Shown here: positions 28,862 through 38,611 of the stretch, piece after piece
Position numbering within the stretch: position 1 is the stretch's first letter
Layout of the letters: each line of letters begins with the position of its first letter
Source of the DNA: an uncultured Candidatus Peribacteria bacterium
GTDB taxonomy: Bacteria; Patescibacteriota; Gracilibacteria; UBA4473
Assembly (NCBI GenBank): GCA_964592695.1
Contig: CAZQFO010000002.1
Coordinates: 1 to 41,721 of the forward strand
DNA length: 41,721 nucleotides
Direction of reading: 5' to 3'
Translations under genes and position numbers: made by a program
The notes under the pieces: generated by a model
Told to the model about the DNA's origin: nothing
Databases searched by the model: none
Seen by the model: only the letters and a program-made list of their open reading frames with translations

Positions 28862-29644
28862 TTTATTTTGGGTTAGTTTTTATTTTTTGTAATCAAATTA
28901 GTTTTTGCAAAATAATTAGTCAACAAAAAAACCATCGTCAGATTATTCCCCTTAGATGGTTTTTTGTATAGTTTGTGTTTTTGTTCTTTTTATCGATTTA
29001 TTTTTTTTGTTTCTTTCGTTATGAATTATGTTACTAATTCACAATAGCTTCTGTTTTTTTAATTGAATGAGCTTATCCAATTCTAACACCCCATGAACCC
29101 AATAGGACCACTAGATTGTTAATAGAAATAAGTGGGTTACCCTTATTAAGGGCTTGGGAAAAAATAACCTTTCCAATTTCATCATAGCTTCACATCATCT
29201 AAATTTCTAAAAAAGTCTCAACATATCCCGATATCTTTCGATTTTTTATAAATCTATCTGATGCAAATCTATGCGAACTTGAAAACTTATTTTTTCCCAA
29301 GCCCTAATTACTTTTCTATTCACTTTTGGCATCCTTTATATAGTAATTTCGGATGAGAAGTTTTCTTTTTTTGGTACTTCTTTTCAATGTATTTCTACGA
29401 TTTACTTACCTCTAGGTACTTCATGTCATTAAAGTTTTCTAGATTTTTCCTTTTTTTTTCTGATTAAATCAGTTTTTTTTGACATAGGGAAAGATTTCTT
29501 CTTTCAATAGATTTAATATTTTTCATGTATTAAACCAGAAACAAATTTTGAACAAACTGTAAAAGAACGAACACTTTAATCAATTAGAACTAGCTAACTG
29601 ATTAAAGTATTATAACACATCAAAAATTAAAACACAAGACTTTT

Positions 29645-29672
29645 TTGCACTTTTTTTAAAATACTGTATAAA
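29645..29672 (+). promoter_or_regulatory. Promoter-like element immediately upstream of tilS
   Basis: TTGCAC (29645-29650), 16-nt spacer, TATAAA (29667-29672). ATG at 29682 implies a leaderless or very short-leader transcript. Confidence 0.4.
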
Positions 29673-29681
29673 TCTATCTAG

Positions 29682-30578
29682 ATGAACATAAAGAAAGTAT
29701 TTCAACAGTTTATAGATCAGGAAGGATTAGTGAACCAAAAGTGTTTACTGATGGTGTCTGGCGGAATCGACTCACGAGTATTATTTGAAATGGCGATTAA
29801 AAATTTACCTGTAAATAATATTGCTGTTTTTCACTTGGATCATAATACAAGAGATAACTCCGACACTGATTTTAATTTTGTACAATTGCTATGCAAACAA
29901 GCAAAGGTGACGTTTTTTGGTAAAAAGCTAGACATATTACCCCAAAAGAATAAAGAAGCTACCTGGAGAGAATCTAGAAGAAATTTAGCACAAAAAGCTA
30001 AGAAGCACTTTGGGGCGGATCGCATACTAACAGCTCATCATGCTACTGATCTGGTAGAGACTATGATTTTTCGACTAACAAAAGGATGTGGTCCAGATGG
30101 ACTGTCTCCTTTTGATACTTCAACAAAACCTTTTTGGAGAATTCCAAAGTCAGATCTGATTCTATATGCGAAAGAACATAATCTTGAATTTCGATCTGAT
30201 GCTTCAAACGAAGATATAAATTTTCATAGAAATTTGATTCGAAAGAATGTACTTCCTGAATTACGAAAAATCACACCGAACCTCGAACAGGTTTTTGTGA
30301 GAGAAGCAAATACGTTTGGATTGGTTTCAGATTATCTTTTTGACTCAGTCGATATGGATATGTCAAAGGGCATAATGGTTTCTGATTTTTTAAATCTTCC
30401 GGTAATCCTGCAATATGAATATCTGCGAAAGCTAGTGGATTATCCGGTAAGTACTTCTGAATTGGATGATGCCCTGAGATGGCTGAACAATAACCCTAAA
30501 GGAAACTCTAGAAAAGGGTTGGGAAAGATAATTCTGAAGGTTGTAGCAAATCAGTTGGTTAAAGAGTCGCTCTTCTAA
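29682..30578 (+). CDS. tilS: tRNA(Ile)-lysidine synthase
   Basis: PP-loop LLMVSGGIDSRVL, with HLDHNTR and TAHHATD motifs. Short form (298 aa). Confidence 0.88.
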   Translation: MNIKKVFQQFIDQEGLVNQKCLLMVSGGIDSRVLFEMAIKNLPVNNIAVFHLDHNTRDNSDTDFNFVQLLCKQAKVTFFGKKLDILPQKNKEATWRESRRNLAQKAKKHFGADRILTAHHATDLVETMIFRLTKGCGPDGLSPFDTSTKPFWRIPKSDLILYAKEHNLEFRSDASNEDINFHRNLIRKNVLPELRKITPNLEQVFVREANTFGLVSDYLFDSVDMDMSKGIMVSDFLNLPVILQYEYLRKLVDYPVSTSELDDALRWLNNNPKGNSRKGLGKIILKVVANQLVKESLF

Positions 30579-32653
30579 ACTAACACCTTAAAATCCACAC
30601 AAACAGCTCTATCTTCTGTCATAATTACTGGATTAATATCTATGGCCTTAATTCCTGGATAATTCAGTGCTAGCTGTTGAAGCTTTTGCATGATTTCGAT
30701 GCATTTTCCAATGGCTTTTGGGGCTTCATTTCGGGTACCTTTTAGTATGTGTGAAATTTTTGTCTCATTGATCATTGTTTCAAAATTTTGTATAGGAAGC
30801 ACTCTCAAGCTAGTATCTGCAAAAACTTCTGTATAAATCCCTCCTGCCCCAAAAATCATCACTTTTCCAAAATTTGGATCGGTATTAATCCCCAGGATTA
30901 TTTGCAGTCCTTCCTCTATTTGTGCTTGAATTTGAATTTCGGCATTTATTAACCCCTGTTGTAAAATTGATTGACATAGGTGGTCCCAAGCATGATCAAA
31001 CTTATCAAGTGCCACTACATCCAAAAACACTCCATCCATTTCGGTCCGATGCAACACATCCGGGGCTACTAATTTCATTACGGCTTTATGAGGAAAAAGT
31101 GTTTTTATAAACTGCCTTGCCTTTTCTTTATCTATAAATGTCGATGACAAAGGAATATCCAAATTATAAATCTCCAAAAGCCTTCTGACAGATGAATGGG
31201 GAAGTGATTTTAACTCCTTTGATTTTGCCTCATTTATCATTGTCTCAATTTCAGGATTTGGAATCGACAAAAATTTGTCTTCCGGACTACATTCAATCTG
31301 ATTTTTATAATTAGCTATCAATCCCATTGTAATTATAGCATCAGCTGGAAATTCAAATGATGGTATTTTGTTTTTTTCTAAAATCTTTCTTCCAGAAACG
31401 ACTTGTTCACCACCTATAAAACTCGCAACGATGTTCTTATTAGTTTTCTTAGAAAGTGTTGATAATAACTTTGCCGTTTTATCGACTTCTGTCGTACTTT
31501 GGGGGGTAAGCAATACCAAAATCTGATCTACTCCATCCTCATCCAAAAGAATTTCTAGAGCTTTTTGATATCGGATTGCAGGTGCATCTCCTACCAGATC
31601 TACAGGATTATGAACATTAGCTTCTGCGGGCAAAATAGCACGTAATTTTTGCTTTTTTTCTGAGGACAAGGCACTAAGCTGCAGACTGTTTTCTTCAATT
31701 AAATCGGTAGACAGAACTCCAATACCTCCGGCATTCGTCACAATACAAACCCTTGAACCAAGATTTTTATTTTTAGAAAAAGTCAAAATCTCAATCCCCT
31801 GAAACATTTCTCTCATAGATTGCACATGGATAGCTCCAGAATACTGAAACGCAGACTGCAAAACACGATAATCAGGGGCTAGATTTCCGGTATGAGATTG
31901 AGCAGCTCGTTGTGCATTTTTAAATTTTCCTGGCTCAAGAATAATCACTGGCTTTTTTCCTGATATTCGACATATTAATTTAAGTATACGGTGTCCATCC
32001 TTTTGAGATTCAAGATAAAGTGCAAACATCTCAACTTTTGAATCATCTGCTAGTGATTCTAGGAAATCAATCTCAGAGAGATCTGCCTTATTTCCAAGGG
32101 AAATAAAATGAGAAAATCCAATGTTTTTTTGATTCGCCCAATCTAATATAGCCGTACAAAAAGCACCCGACTGTGAAATAAATGCGATATTCCCTTTTTT
32201 AGGTTGTCCATCAGAAAAACTGACATTCAGATTTTGATGAGGAAATATCGCCCCAAGACAATTAGGACCCAATAGATTTATTCCATGAGCTTTGCACTTA
32301 GAGGCTATTATTTTCTCTTTTTCTAATTCTCCAATTTCAGAAAAACCAGAAGAAATAATGATTATATTTTTAGTTTTGTTTTTTACACAATCATCTATCA
32401 CCGATTCTACATATTCAGATGGAACTACTATAGCGACCAAATCTATAGACTCTTTAATTTCTGCTAAAGATTTATAACAATTTTTGTTATAAAGTTTTTT
32501 TCCTGCATATTTAGGATTGATGGCATAGAGTTTCTTAGAATATCCTGATTCAATTATGTTCTGAAAAACAACTGAACTAACCTTGGATTTTTTTTTAGAA
32601 ACTCCAACTACTGCGACTGTTTTAGGACGAAAAAAAGTATCTAGATGGTTCAT
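30575..32653 (-). CDS. ADP-forming acetyl-CoA synthetase / acetate-CoA ligase family (fused alpha-beta)
   Basis: N-terminal CoA-binding VAVVGVS...INPKY, GPNCLG, SQSGA, VTNAGGIGV, and a C-terminal ATP-grasp domain. 4-nt convergent overlap with tilS. Confidence 0.88.
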   Translation of the reverse strand: MNHLDTFFRPKTVAVVGVSKKKSKVSSVVFQNIIESGYSKKLYAINPKYAGKKLYNKNCYKSLAEIKESIDLVAIVVPSEYVESVIDDCVKNKTKNIIIISSGFSEIGELEKEKIIASKCKAHGINLLGPNCLGAIFPHQNLNVSFSDGQPKKGNIAFISQSGAFCTAILDWANQKNIGFSHFISLGNKADLSEIDFLESLADDSKVEMFALYLESQKDGHRILKLICRISGKKPVIILEPGKFKNAQRAAQSHTGNLAPDYRVLQSAFQYSGAIHVQSMREMFQGIEILTFSKNKNLGSRVCIVTNAGGIGVLSTDLIEENSLQLSALSSEKKQKLRAILPAEANVHNPVDLVGDAPAIRYQKALEILLDEDGVDQILVLLTPQSTTEVDKTAKLLSTLSKKTNKNIVASFIGGEQVVSGRKILEKNKIPSFEFPADAIITMGLIANYKNQIECSPEDKFLSIPNPEIETMINEAKSKELKSLPHSSVRRLLEIYNLDIPLSSTFIDKEKARQFIKTLFPHKAVMKLVAPDVLHRTEMDGVFLDVVALDKFDHAWDHLCQSILQQGLINAEIQIQAQIEEGLQIILGINTDPNFGKVMIFGAGGIYTEVFADTSLRVLPIQNFETMINETKISHILKGTRNEAPKAIGKCIEIMQKLQQLALNYPGIKAIDINPVIMTEDRAVCVDFKVLV

Positions 32654-32700
32654 TATTTGTATTATAGACGAACTTAAATAAAAAAACTAAAATCTCAATA

Positions 32701-33423
32701 CTAACTTGCAGTTAACACCATATTTAGAACATAATCTCCTGCTTCCTGTTGCATTGGGATGTTCTGAGACATCGGAACCTCACGAAGCACATAAGATGCA
32801 TAATCATCTGCAGAATTATCTGCAGTAAAAACAGTAATACTATTAACGGTTCCTTCCAAAAATGTAGCATCTGATCCGGCCGTCACTCCCGTAATAGCCC
32901 CTGCACTCGAATCGACTGAATCGATCTGCCCATTTGACGCATCATAATTGACTTTTGCGATAACAACTCCTGCATCCTGCGGAGACAAACTTAACCGCCC
33001 TTCACTGTTAGCAGCTAGCCCATTAAAATCCATAGAATTCGTCCCATCTGACCACTCTGCAGTCGGCCCATCTGTAGCCGCCAATGTCACTGTCCAGGCT
33101 TCGGTATCAGTTGGATTTGACAATAATATTTGCTGAGTGGTAGATGGTGTTCCTACTGAAAACGGAGGATCCGTATCACCCGCCATTATCCCCAAGGTTC
33201 CATCTGTTGCTTGATCAACAAACTGTGTCGTAACTGGCACAAAAGGCACTTCTGGAGCTGGAACCAAATCTCCCACATCATCCACAATAGACACGGTCAA
33301 GATACCTGGATCTACAGTAATGGAGAGCTCTGTCTCATCCAGTGCGGACACACTGTTTAATCCAAAACCTATGACTAATGAAAGAATCGAAGCCGATGCC
33401 AGTAAAGAGGAATACTTTTTCAT
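32701..33423 (-). CDS. Secreted WxL-like surface protein
   Basis: Likely start is ATG 33423 (MKKYSSLLASASILSLVIGF signal). T/D/S/G-rich protein with AWTVTL (WxL-type) and a C-terminal GDYVLNMVLTAS that resembles a degenerate second WxL motif. Adjacent to a DUF916-like gene. Confidence 0.5.
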   Translation of the reverse strand: MKKYSSLLASASILSLVIGFGLNSVSALDETELSITVDPGILTVSIVDDVGDLVPAPEVPFVPVTTQFVDQATDGTLGIMAGDTDPPFSVGTPSTTQQILLSNPTDTEAWTVTLAATDGPTAEWSDGTNSMDFNGLAANSEGRLSLSPQDAGVVIAKVNYDASNGQIDSVDSSAGAITGVTAGSDATFLEGTVNSITVFTADNSADDYASYVLREVPMSQNIPMQQEAGDYVLNMVLTAS

Positions 33424-33544
33424 TTTATGATTTAAAAACTTAAAAGGTACAAAAGAATTATTCAACAAATTAATCGTATCATCTATCAAAAAAAAGTGCA
33501 AAATTTTCAAATTGAACCGCCCCTACGTTTATTATAAAACACTA

Positions 33545-34756
33545 CTATTTTTTTGGTGGAACGCGCAATTTATCCCCTTTGTTCAATATATAAGGCTGTC
33601 CAATTCCGTTCACTTTCGCTAGAAACTCCCAGTCGATATTATGTTCTTTTGCTATTTCAGTTATTGTTTCTCCCGCTTTAACTTTCTGAACCACCCAGCC
33701 TTTCCCACTATACTTTATCTTTCGGTACACACTAAACAGCGTCAATAAAATCACGCCTGATACCGTAGCTAAGACAACGGACAAGATATCATTCTTTGGA
33801 TAGGTCATCGTTGAGAAAGTCCTTTCTCCCAAAAACGTCTCCACCCCATTTCGATCAATCATAGAAACTTTTGACACGAGCTCGATTTCCCCATATTTTG
33901 GCAGGTTTGGAATCGCCCCATTGTAATCGAAGGTGGCTCCTGGTGACACACGAAAAATAGGTGGCTTCTCTGAATTATCAAAGATAACCTCTCCTTCATC
34001 TCCAGATATGTCTTTCGCTATAGTTTCAAATTTCACTTGAGTCGAGATATTTCCAGCACTTTTAATTTTGTGAGAAAATGCATATGATTTAATCCCTTCC
34101 CTCGGCAGAAAACATCTTAACTTCGTAATAGAGGACATTTTTTTAAAGCACTCTTTTCGAGTAACATCCTTTACCTTCAGCTTCGCAGAAGACCCTTCTA
34201 ATAGCGTCAACTCTTCTACGACGTTCCCTGGTATAGTGTTGTAAACCCGAGTCCCTGTCCGCAAAGAAATCCGAACCCCCGTTCCTCCTGAAAAAGTTGG
34301 TTTTTCTTTTTCTTCTGGGCTCTTTTTTTCCATCATGATAGCTCCCGCAACCTCTCCTGGTATAGCATCTTGAGGTATACTAATGGTAAAAGGAATTTTC
34401 TTCGCCTGTCCAGCTTTTAATAATATTTCATTGGTGGCCATTTTTATCCAAACCCCCATTGCTTCCATTTTTTCAACTTTTTGCTTAAGTGCAAACCCCC
34501 CACTAGAAGAAGGGATTTGATCGGCAGGATAAACTTCTACAAGCCAGTCCTGATTTGTGGTGTTTTTCACCACAAAAACATCCTCATAACTCTCTCCTGC
34601 ACCAAGCTGATACATAAACCATCCTTTGTGATCTGGATTAAGAGGATTAAGAGGAGCTCCTCCAACTCCTCCAACGGCATATGTCAAACTCGCCATCCCC
34701 CCAAAAGATAATATCCCACATAGAAACATTACAAATACTCGAGCTCCTTTTTTCAT
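33545..34756 (-). CDS. DUF916/DUF3324-like cell-surface protein with C-terminal TM segment and LysM domain
   Basis: Signal peptide, then WFMYQLGAGESYEDVFVVKNTTNQDWLVEVYP (DUF916-like). TM segment ILSVVLATVSGVILLTLFSVY, followed by LysM (VKAGETITEIAKEHNIDWEFLAKVNGI...LNKGDKLRVP). Confidence 0.6.
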   Translation of the reverse strand: MKKGARVFVMFLCGILSFGGMASLTYAVGGVGGAPLNPLNPDHKGWFMYQLGAGESYEDVFVVKNTTNQDWLVEVYPADQIPSSSGGFALKQKVEKMEAMGVWIKMATNEILLKAGQAKKIPFTISIPQDAIPGEVAGAIMMEKKSPEEKEKPTFSGGTGVRISLRTGTRVYNTIPGNVVEELTLLEGSSAKLKVKDVTRKECFKKMSSITKLRCFLPREGIKSYAFSHKIKSAGNISTQVKFETIAKDISGDEGEVIFDNSEKPPIFRVSPGATFDYNGAIPNLPKYGEIELVSKVSMIDRNGVETFLGERTFSTMTYPKNDILSVVLATVSGVILLTLFSVYRKIKYSGKGWVVQKVKAGETITEIAKEHNIDWEFLAKVNGIGQPYILNKGDKLRVPPKK

Positions 34757-34893
34757 TTTGATTTTGGTTAAAAAATAATGAATAACGCGTGGTATTTTCG
34801 TGGTTATTCATAAAAATGCAAACTTTTTTTCTTTACTTTTCTTGTAATTTTTTTTAAAAAGAAGTCTCTCATATGATTTAAACTATCTTAAGC

Positions 34894-35439
34894 ATGTCTG
34901 AAAAAATTGATTTTTTGGCAATCGGCAAGCCTGCACCTGATTTTACCGCTCCCGCCTTTACAAAGGGTAGCGTTGACGAAAAGATTTCCCTTTCTGATTA
35001 CAAGGGGAAATGGGTACTGCTCTTCTTTTATCCGCTTGATTTTACGTTTGTCTGTCCCACAGAACTGATTGAACTAGGAAAAATACGAGAAGAATTTGAT
35101 AAAGTAAACTGTCAGATTATTGGCGCTTCTGTTGATTCTGTTTTTTCTCACAAGGGCTGGGCTGACGCAGATGAGCAGATTGCAAAACTAGGTTTCCCAC
35201 TTCTTTCAGATCTCACAAAGGATATCTCCTATGATTATGGAATCCTCCATGATGATGGCATGAGTCTCCGTGGAGCATTTATCATCGATCCTGATGGGGT
35301 ATTACAATCTATGACAATTAATAATTTACCAGTCGGACGAAATCCGCAGGAATTACTTCGAACAGTAAAGGCATTTCAGACTGGAGATCTGTGTCCGGTA
35401 AATTGGGACGAAAGAAAAGCAACTCTAGGAAAAGCTTAA
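34894..35439 (+). CDS. Typical 2-Cys peroxiredoxin (AhpC/Tsa family)
   Basis: FFYPLDFTFVCPTE peroxidatic Cys motif and resolving Cys in DLCPVNW. Confidence 0.93.
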   Translation: MSEKIDFLAIGKPAPDFTAPAFTKGSVDEKISLSDYKGKWVLLFFYPLDFTFVCPTELIELGKIREEFDKVNCQIIGASVDSVFSHKGWADADEQIAKLGFPLLSDLTKDISYDYGILHDDGMSLRGAFIIDPDGVLQSMTINNLPVGRNPQELLRTVKAFQTGDLCPVNWDERKATLGKA

Positions 35440-35583
35440 GGGCTACCGCTACGCGGAATTAAAAAATGAAAAATTAAAGTAACAATTCAGCAGTCACATA
35501 AGAAGTCTGCAGTATCATCATATCTGCAAAGGAGCCGTAACTATTATGATTGACATTTGCACGTCTTGCTTTTTACCAACTCT

Positions 35584-35925
35584 CTAAAGATCTGATTTAT
35601 AATCCGGACTTAGTAGGTGCAGATGCGCATGTGGCACGACCTGCCCTCCTTCTTCGTCCACATTCATATGCAGCTTGTATCCCATTAAATTATTTTGTTC
35701 TGCTACATATCTGGCAACAAGAAAAAGCTCTCCAAAAAGGGAGAGATTATTTTCATCCACTTCTTTTGCTGTTACTATTTCGGCTTTTGGTATTATTATG
35801 ATGTGAACCTTTGCTTTGGGATTAATATCCTTAAATGCCATAACCCGCTCATTTTCGTATACAATGTCGGCTGGAATTTCTCGGGAAATTATTTTTGCAA
35901 AAATGTTGGTGTCGAGAAAGGACAT
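35584..35925 (-). CDS. HIT-family (histidine triad) nucleotide hydrolase
   Basis: 113 aa; VPHAHLHLL histidine triad and FAKIISREIPA N-terminus. Confidence 0.9.
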   Translation of the reverse strand: MSFLDTNIFAKIISREIPADIVYENERVMAFKDINPKAKVHIIIIPKAEIVTAKEVDENNLSLFGELFLVARYVAEQNNLMGYKLHMNVDEEGGQVVPHAHLHLLSPDYKSDL

Positions 35926-36099
35926 GTTTTTTAAAATTTAAACAATTATGCACTACATAAAAGTTATAGTTTGTTTTTTACTTTCGTCAAACACAAGTTT
36001 CAAGTAATTACAGTTTCAAATATTTGCATGTGTAATGGATATTACTCATTGATCATTATTCATTAATCATTACTCTCCGATCCGCAAGTTTTCTTTAAC

Positions 36100-36999
36100 A
36101 TGAACATCCCCTATCCAATTGCAGATACTCACACTCACGTCTATTTTCCAGCATTGGACAACACTCGATCAGAGGTAATGAAGCGTGCTGAAAAACATGG
36201 AGTACAGCTCCAAGTTCAGATTGGTTGTGATGAAATTTCCTCGCTTGCAGCGCTTGATCTGGCAAAAAAAAATAAGGGACATTATTCTACTCTCGGATTA
36301 CATCCTACGGATGTACACAATCTAGGAAAACCCCAACAGCATCGAATTTCCGGATTTGAGAATTATGAATTGCATTGTAAAAATTTAAAGGAATTAATGG
36401 TCTGGTTTGAGCAGGTATTTGAGCAAAACAAAGATCATATCGTTGGATTTGGAGAAACTGGGTTTGATTTTTATCATAATGATTCTGCCGAACTCAGAGC
36501 CGCTCAAGAGACTTCTTTTCTTTTTCACATAAAACTGGCACAAAAATTTAATCGAACGATAATCATCCATTCTCGATCCGCTAGAAATGAAACTCTTGAA
36601 TTTCTTCGTAAAAACAGCTTAGACTTGAAGTATGATGATATCACACCAATAAGAGGGACTATTCATTGTTTTACGGAAGATATAGATTTTGCTCAAGAGA
36701 TAACTCAATCTTACGGTTTTTTTATTGGGATCGGTGGAATTGCTACTTATCCAAAGGCGGAAAACATCCGAAACGTCATAAAAAATATCCCAATAGAATA
36801 TATAGTTACTGAAACTGATGCCCCATTTCTCGTGCCACAAGGATTTAAAAATCAGCATAAGTTAAATGAGCCTTCATTTTTGACTGATGTAGTGGAACTA
36901 ATTGCTGATTTAAAAAATATGTCAGTAAATGAAACTGCCGAAATCCTATATGAAAATGCAAAACGACTTTATGATCTTAACGATACAAATCTGAAGTAA
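36100..36999 (+). CDS. TatD-family metal-dependent hydrolase
   Basis: IADTHTHVYF, GLHP, GETGFDFY, IIHSR, ETDAPFL motifs. Confidence 0.9.
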   Translation: MNIPYPIADTHTHVYFPALDNTRSEVMKRAEKHGVQLQVQIGCDEISSLAALDLAKKNKGHYSTLGLHPTDVHNLGKPQQHRISGFENYELHCKNLKELMVWFEQVFEQNKDHIVGFGETGFDFYHNDSAELRAAQETSFLFHIKLAQKFNRTIIIHSRSARNETLEFLRKNSLDLKYDDITPIRGTIHCFTEDIDFAQEITQSYGFFIGIGGIATYPKAENIRNVIKNIPIEYIVTETDAPFLVPQGFKNQHKLNEPSFLTDVVELIADLKNMSVNETAEILYENAKRLYDLNDTNLK

Positions 37000-37004
37000 T
37001 AATT

Positions 37005-37427
37005 TTATTTTCTACCAACACCCCGATGAGGGGAATTATAAAAATTTTCCAGTTCTGCAATTCGAGATTGCACGGAAGCCATAACGTCCTCCTTTTTCAA
37101 TTTATTACCCTGCACAAGAGGCTCCCCGTCATAAGAAACTAAAACGGTATCATATCTTTCACTTTTGGGATCGTAGTCAATAATCCTTCTTACACGCACT
37201 CCCACACCTCTTACTTTTTCTATAAACTCAATAGATCCAACAGCTTGTGAGGGATTTCCATCCAAATCAAGTTTATATACATCTGCTGTGGTACTAAATG
37301 ATAATATGGGAGGAAACTCTTCTGTTTGTCCGCCCATTTTTGAAGGATCCATTAAATAAACTAGATTCTCCTTTTCTTGATCAAACGAAAGCCGACATTT
37401 GAGTTTTTTCATTTTGAGTTTTTTCAA
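37005..37427 (-). CDS. Hypothetical protein (140 aa)
   Basis: Clean ORF with no known motif. The N-terminus MKKLKMKKLK is encoded by a 15-nt tandem duplication, so the real start may be the second Met. Confidence 0.5.
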   Translation of the reverse strand: MKKLKMKKLKCRLSFDQEKENLVYLMDPSKMGGQTEEFPPILSFSTTADVYKLDLDGNPSQAVGSIEFIEKVRGVGVRVRRIIDYDPKSERYDTVLVSYDGEPLVQGNKLKKEDVMASVQSRIAELENFYNSPHRGVGRK

Positions 37428-37456
37428 AAATTCAGCGTATTATAGCAGAATTTAAT

Positions 37457-37484
37457 TTGAAATGCAAGCTATTTTTCTTACAAT
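37457..37484 (+). promoter_or_regulatory. Promoter of ruvB with a very short leader
   Basis: TTGAAA (37457-37462), 16-nt spacer, TACAAT (37479-37484). ATG 37496 is 11 nt after the -10 element, and there is no SD. Confidence 0.5.
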
Positions 37485-37495
37485 AAAATCCACCC

Positions 37496-38563
37496 ATGAT
37501 CATAGAAGAAAACACTGCAAAAAAAACCAAGACAACTTCTGTCACTTCTGCTACAAATACAGAAGAAACAGATACATTTGATAACAAACTTCGTCCACAA
37601 TCATTTGATGATTATGTAGGACAAAAAGAAGTAAAGCAAAATCTAACGGTTTTTTGCCAGGCGGCTAAAAAAAGGGAAGAGCCTTTAGATCATACGCTCT
37701 TTTATGGGCCTCCGGGATTAGGAAAAACTACTCTTGCAATGATTTTGGCTTCGGAAATGGGAACGCAGCTACGCATAACATCCGGCCCAGCACTAGAAAA
37801 ACCGGGAGACCTGGCTGCTATTTTGACAAATCTCAAACCAAATGATTTACTTTTCATTGATGAAATTCATAGACTCAGAAGACCGGTAGAAGAGATACTC
37901 TATTCCGCCATGGAAGATTTTGCAATTGATCTGGTTGTGGGAAAAGGGCCTTCTGCTCGAACAATGAGACTTAATGTACCTAAATTTACGATGGTAGGAG
38001 CCACGACAAAAGCTTCTATGCTAGCTAATCCTCTGAGGGATCGATTTGGTCATGTGGAGAAATTGAGGTTTTATGAACCGAATGAAATCCAGCAAATTAT
38101 AGTGCGGTCCGCAAAAATATTAGGTATAGATATACATTCTGAAGCAGCTGAACATTTGTCTAAATCAGCACGAAGAACTCCTAGAATCGCCAATAGGCTC
38201 CTTCGCAGGATGCGTGATTTTGCTGAAATCTTGCACGAAGGACTCATAACAACTCCTGTCGTAAAAAAGGGGCTACAAGACCTCTCTGTTGATCACAGGG
38301 GGTTAGATTATTCTGATCAGGAATACATACAGGCGCTGTGTGAAAAATTTAGTGGTGGACCGGTAGGACTCTCAACCATAGCTGCTGCAATTGGAGAGGA
38401 TGAAAACACTGTAGAAGAAATGATTGAACCGTTTCTTATTCGGGAAGGGCTTTTACAAAAAACTCCAAGAGGTCGTTTGGCGACCAATGCTACATTTGAA
38501 CATTTGGGAATGACAATCCCCACGAAAGATCCGAGATCTCAGAGTCAGACATTGGGAATCTAA
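37496..38563 (+). CDS. ruvB: Holliday junction branch-migration helicase RuvB
   Basis: Walker A GPPGLGKTTLA, Walker B LFIDEIHRL, sensor regions and a winged-helix C-terminus. ruvA is not adjacent. Confidence 0.96.
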   Translation: MIIEENTAKKTKTTSVTSATNTEETDTFDNKLRPQSFDDYVGQKEVKQNLTVFCQAAKKREEPLDHTLFYGPPGLGKTTLAMILASEMGTQLRITSGPALEKPGDLAAILTNLKPNDLLFIDEIHRLRRPVEEILYSAMEDFAIDLVVGKGPSARTMRLNVPKFTMVGATTKASMLANPLRDRFGHVEKLRFYEPNEIQQIIVRSAKILGIDIHSEAAEHLSKSARRTPRIANRLLRRMRDFAEILHEGLITTPVVKKGLQDLSVDHRGLDYSDQEYIQALCEKFSGGPVGLSTIAAAIGEDENTVEEMIEPFLIREGLLQKTPRGRLATNATFEHLGMTIPTKDPRSQSQTLGI

Positions 38564-38611
38564 AAAATCGACGACAAGATAAACCTGCCGCCGATACATT
38601 TCGTCTGTATT

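Noticed and set aside
28862-29681. Replication origin (oriC) in the AT-rich gap
   Set aside because: Only one weak DnaA-box-like string (ttatccaat near 29083) was found. There is no cluster of boxes and no dnaA/dnaN nearby.
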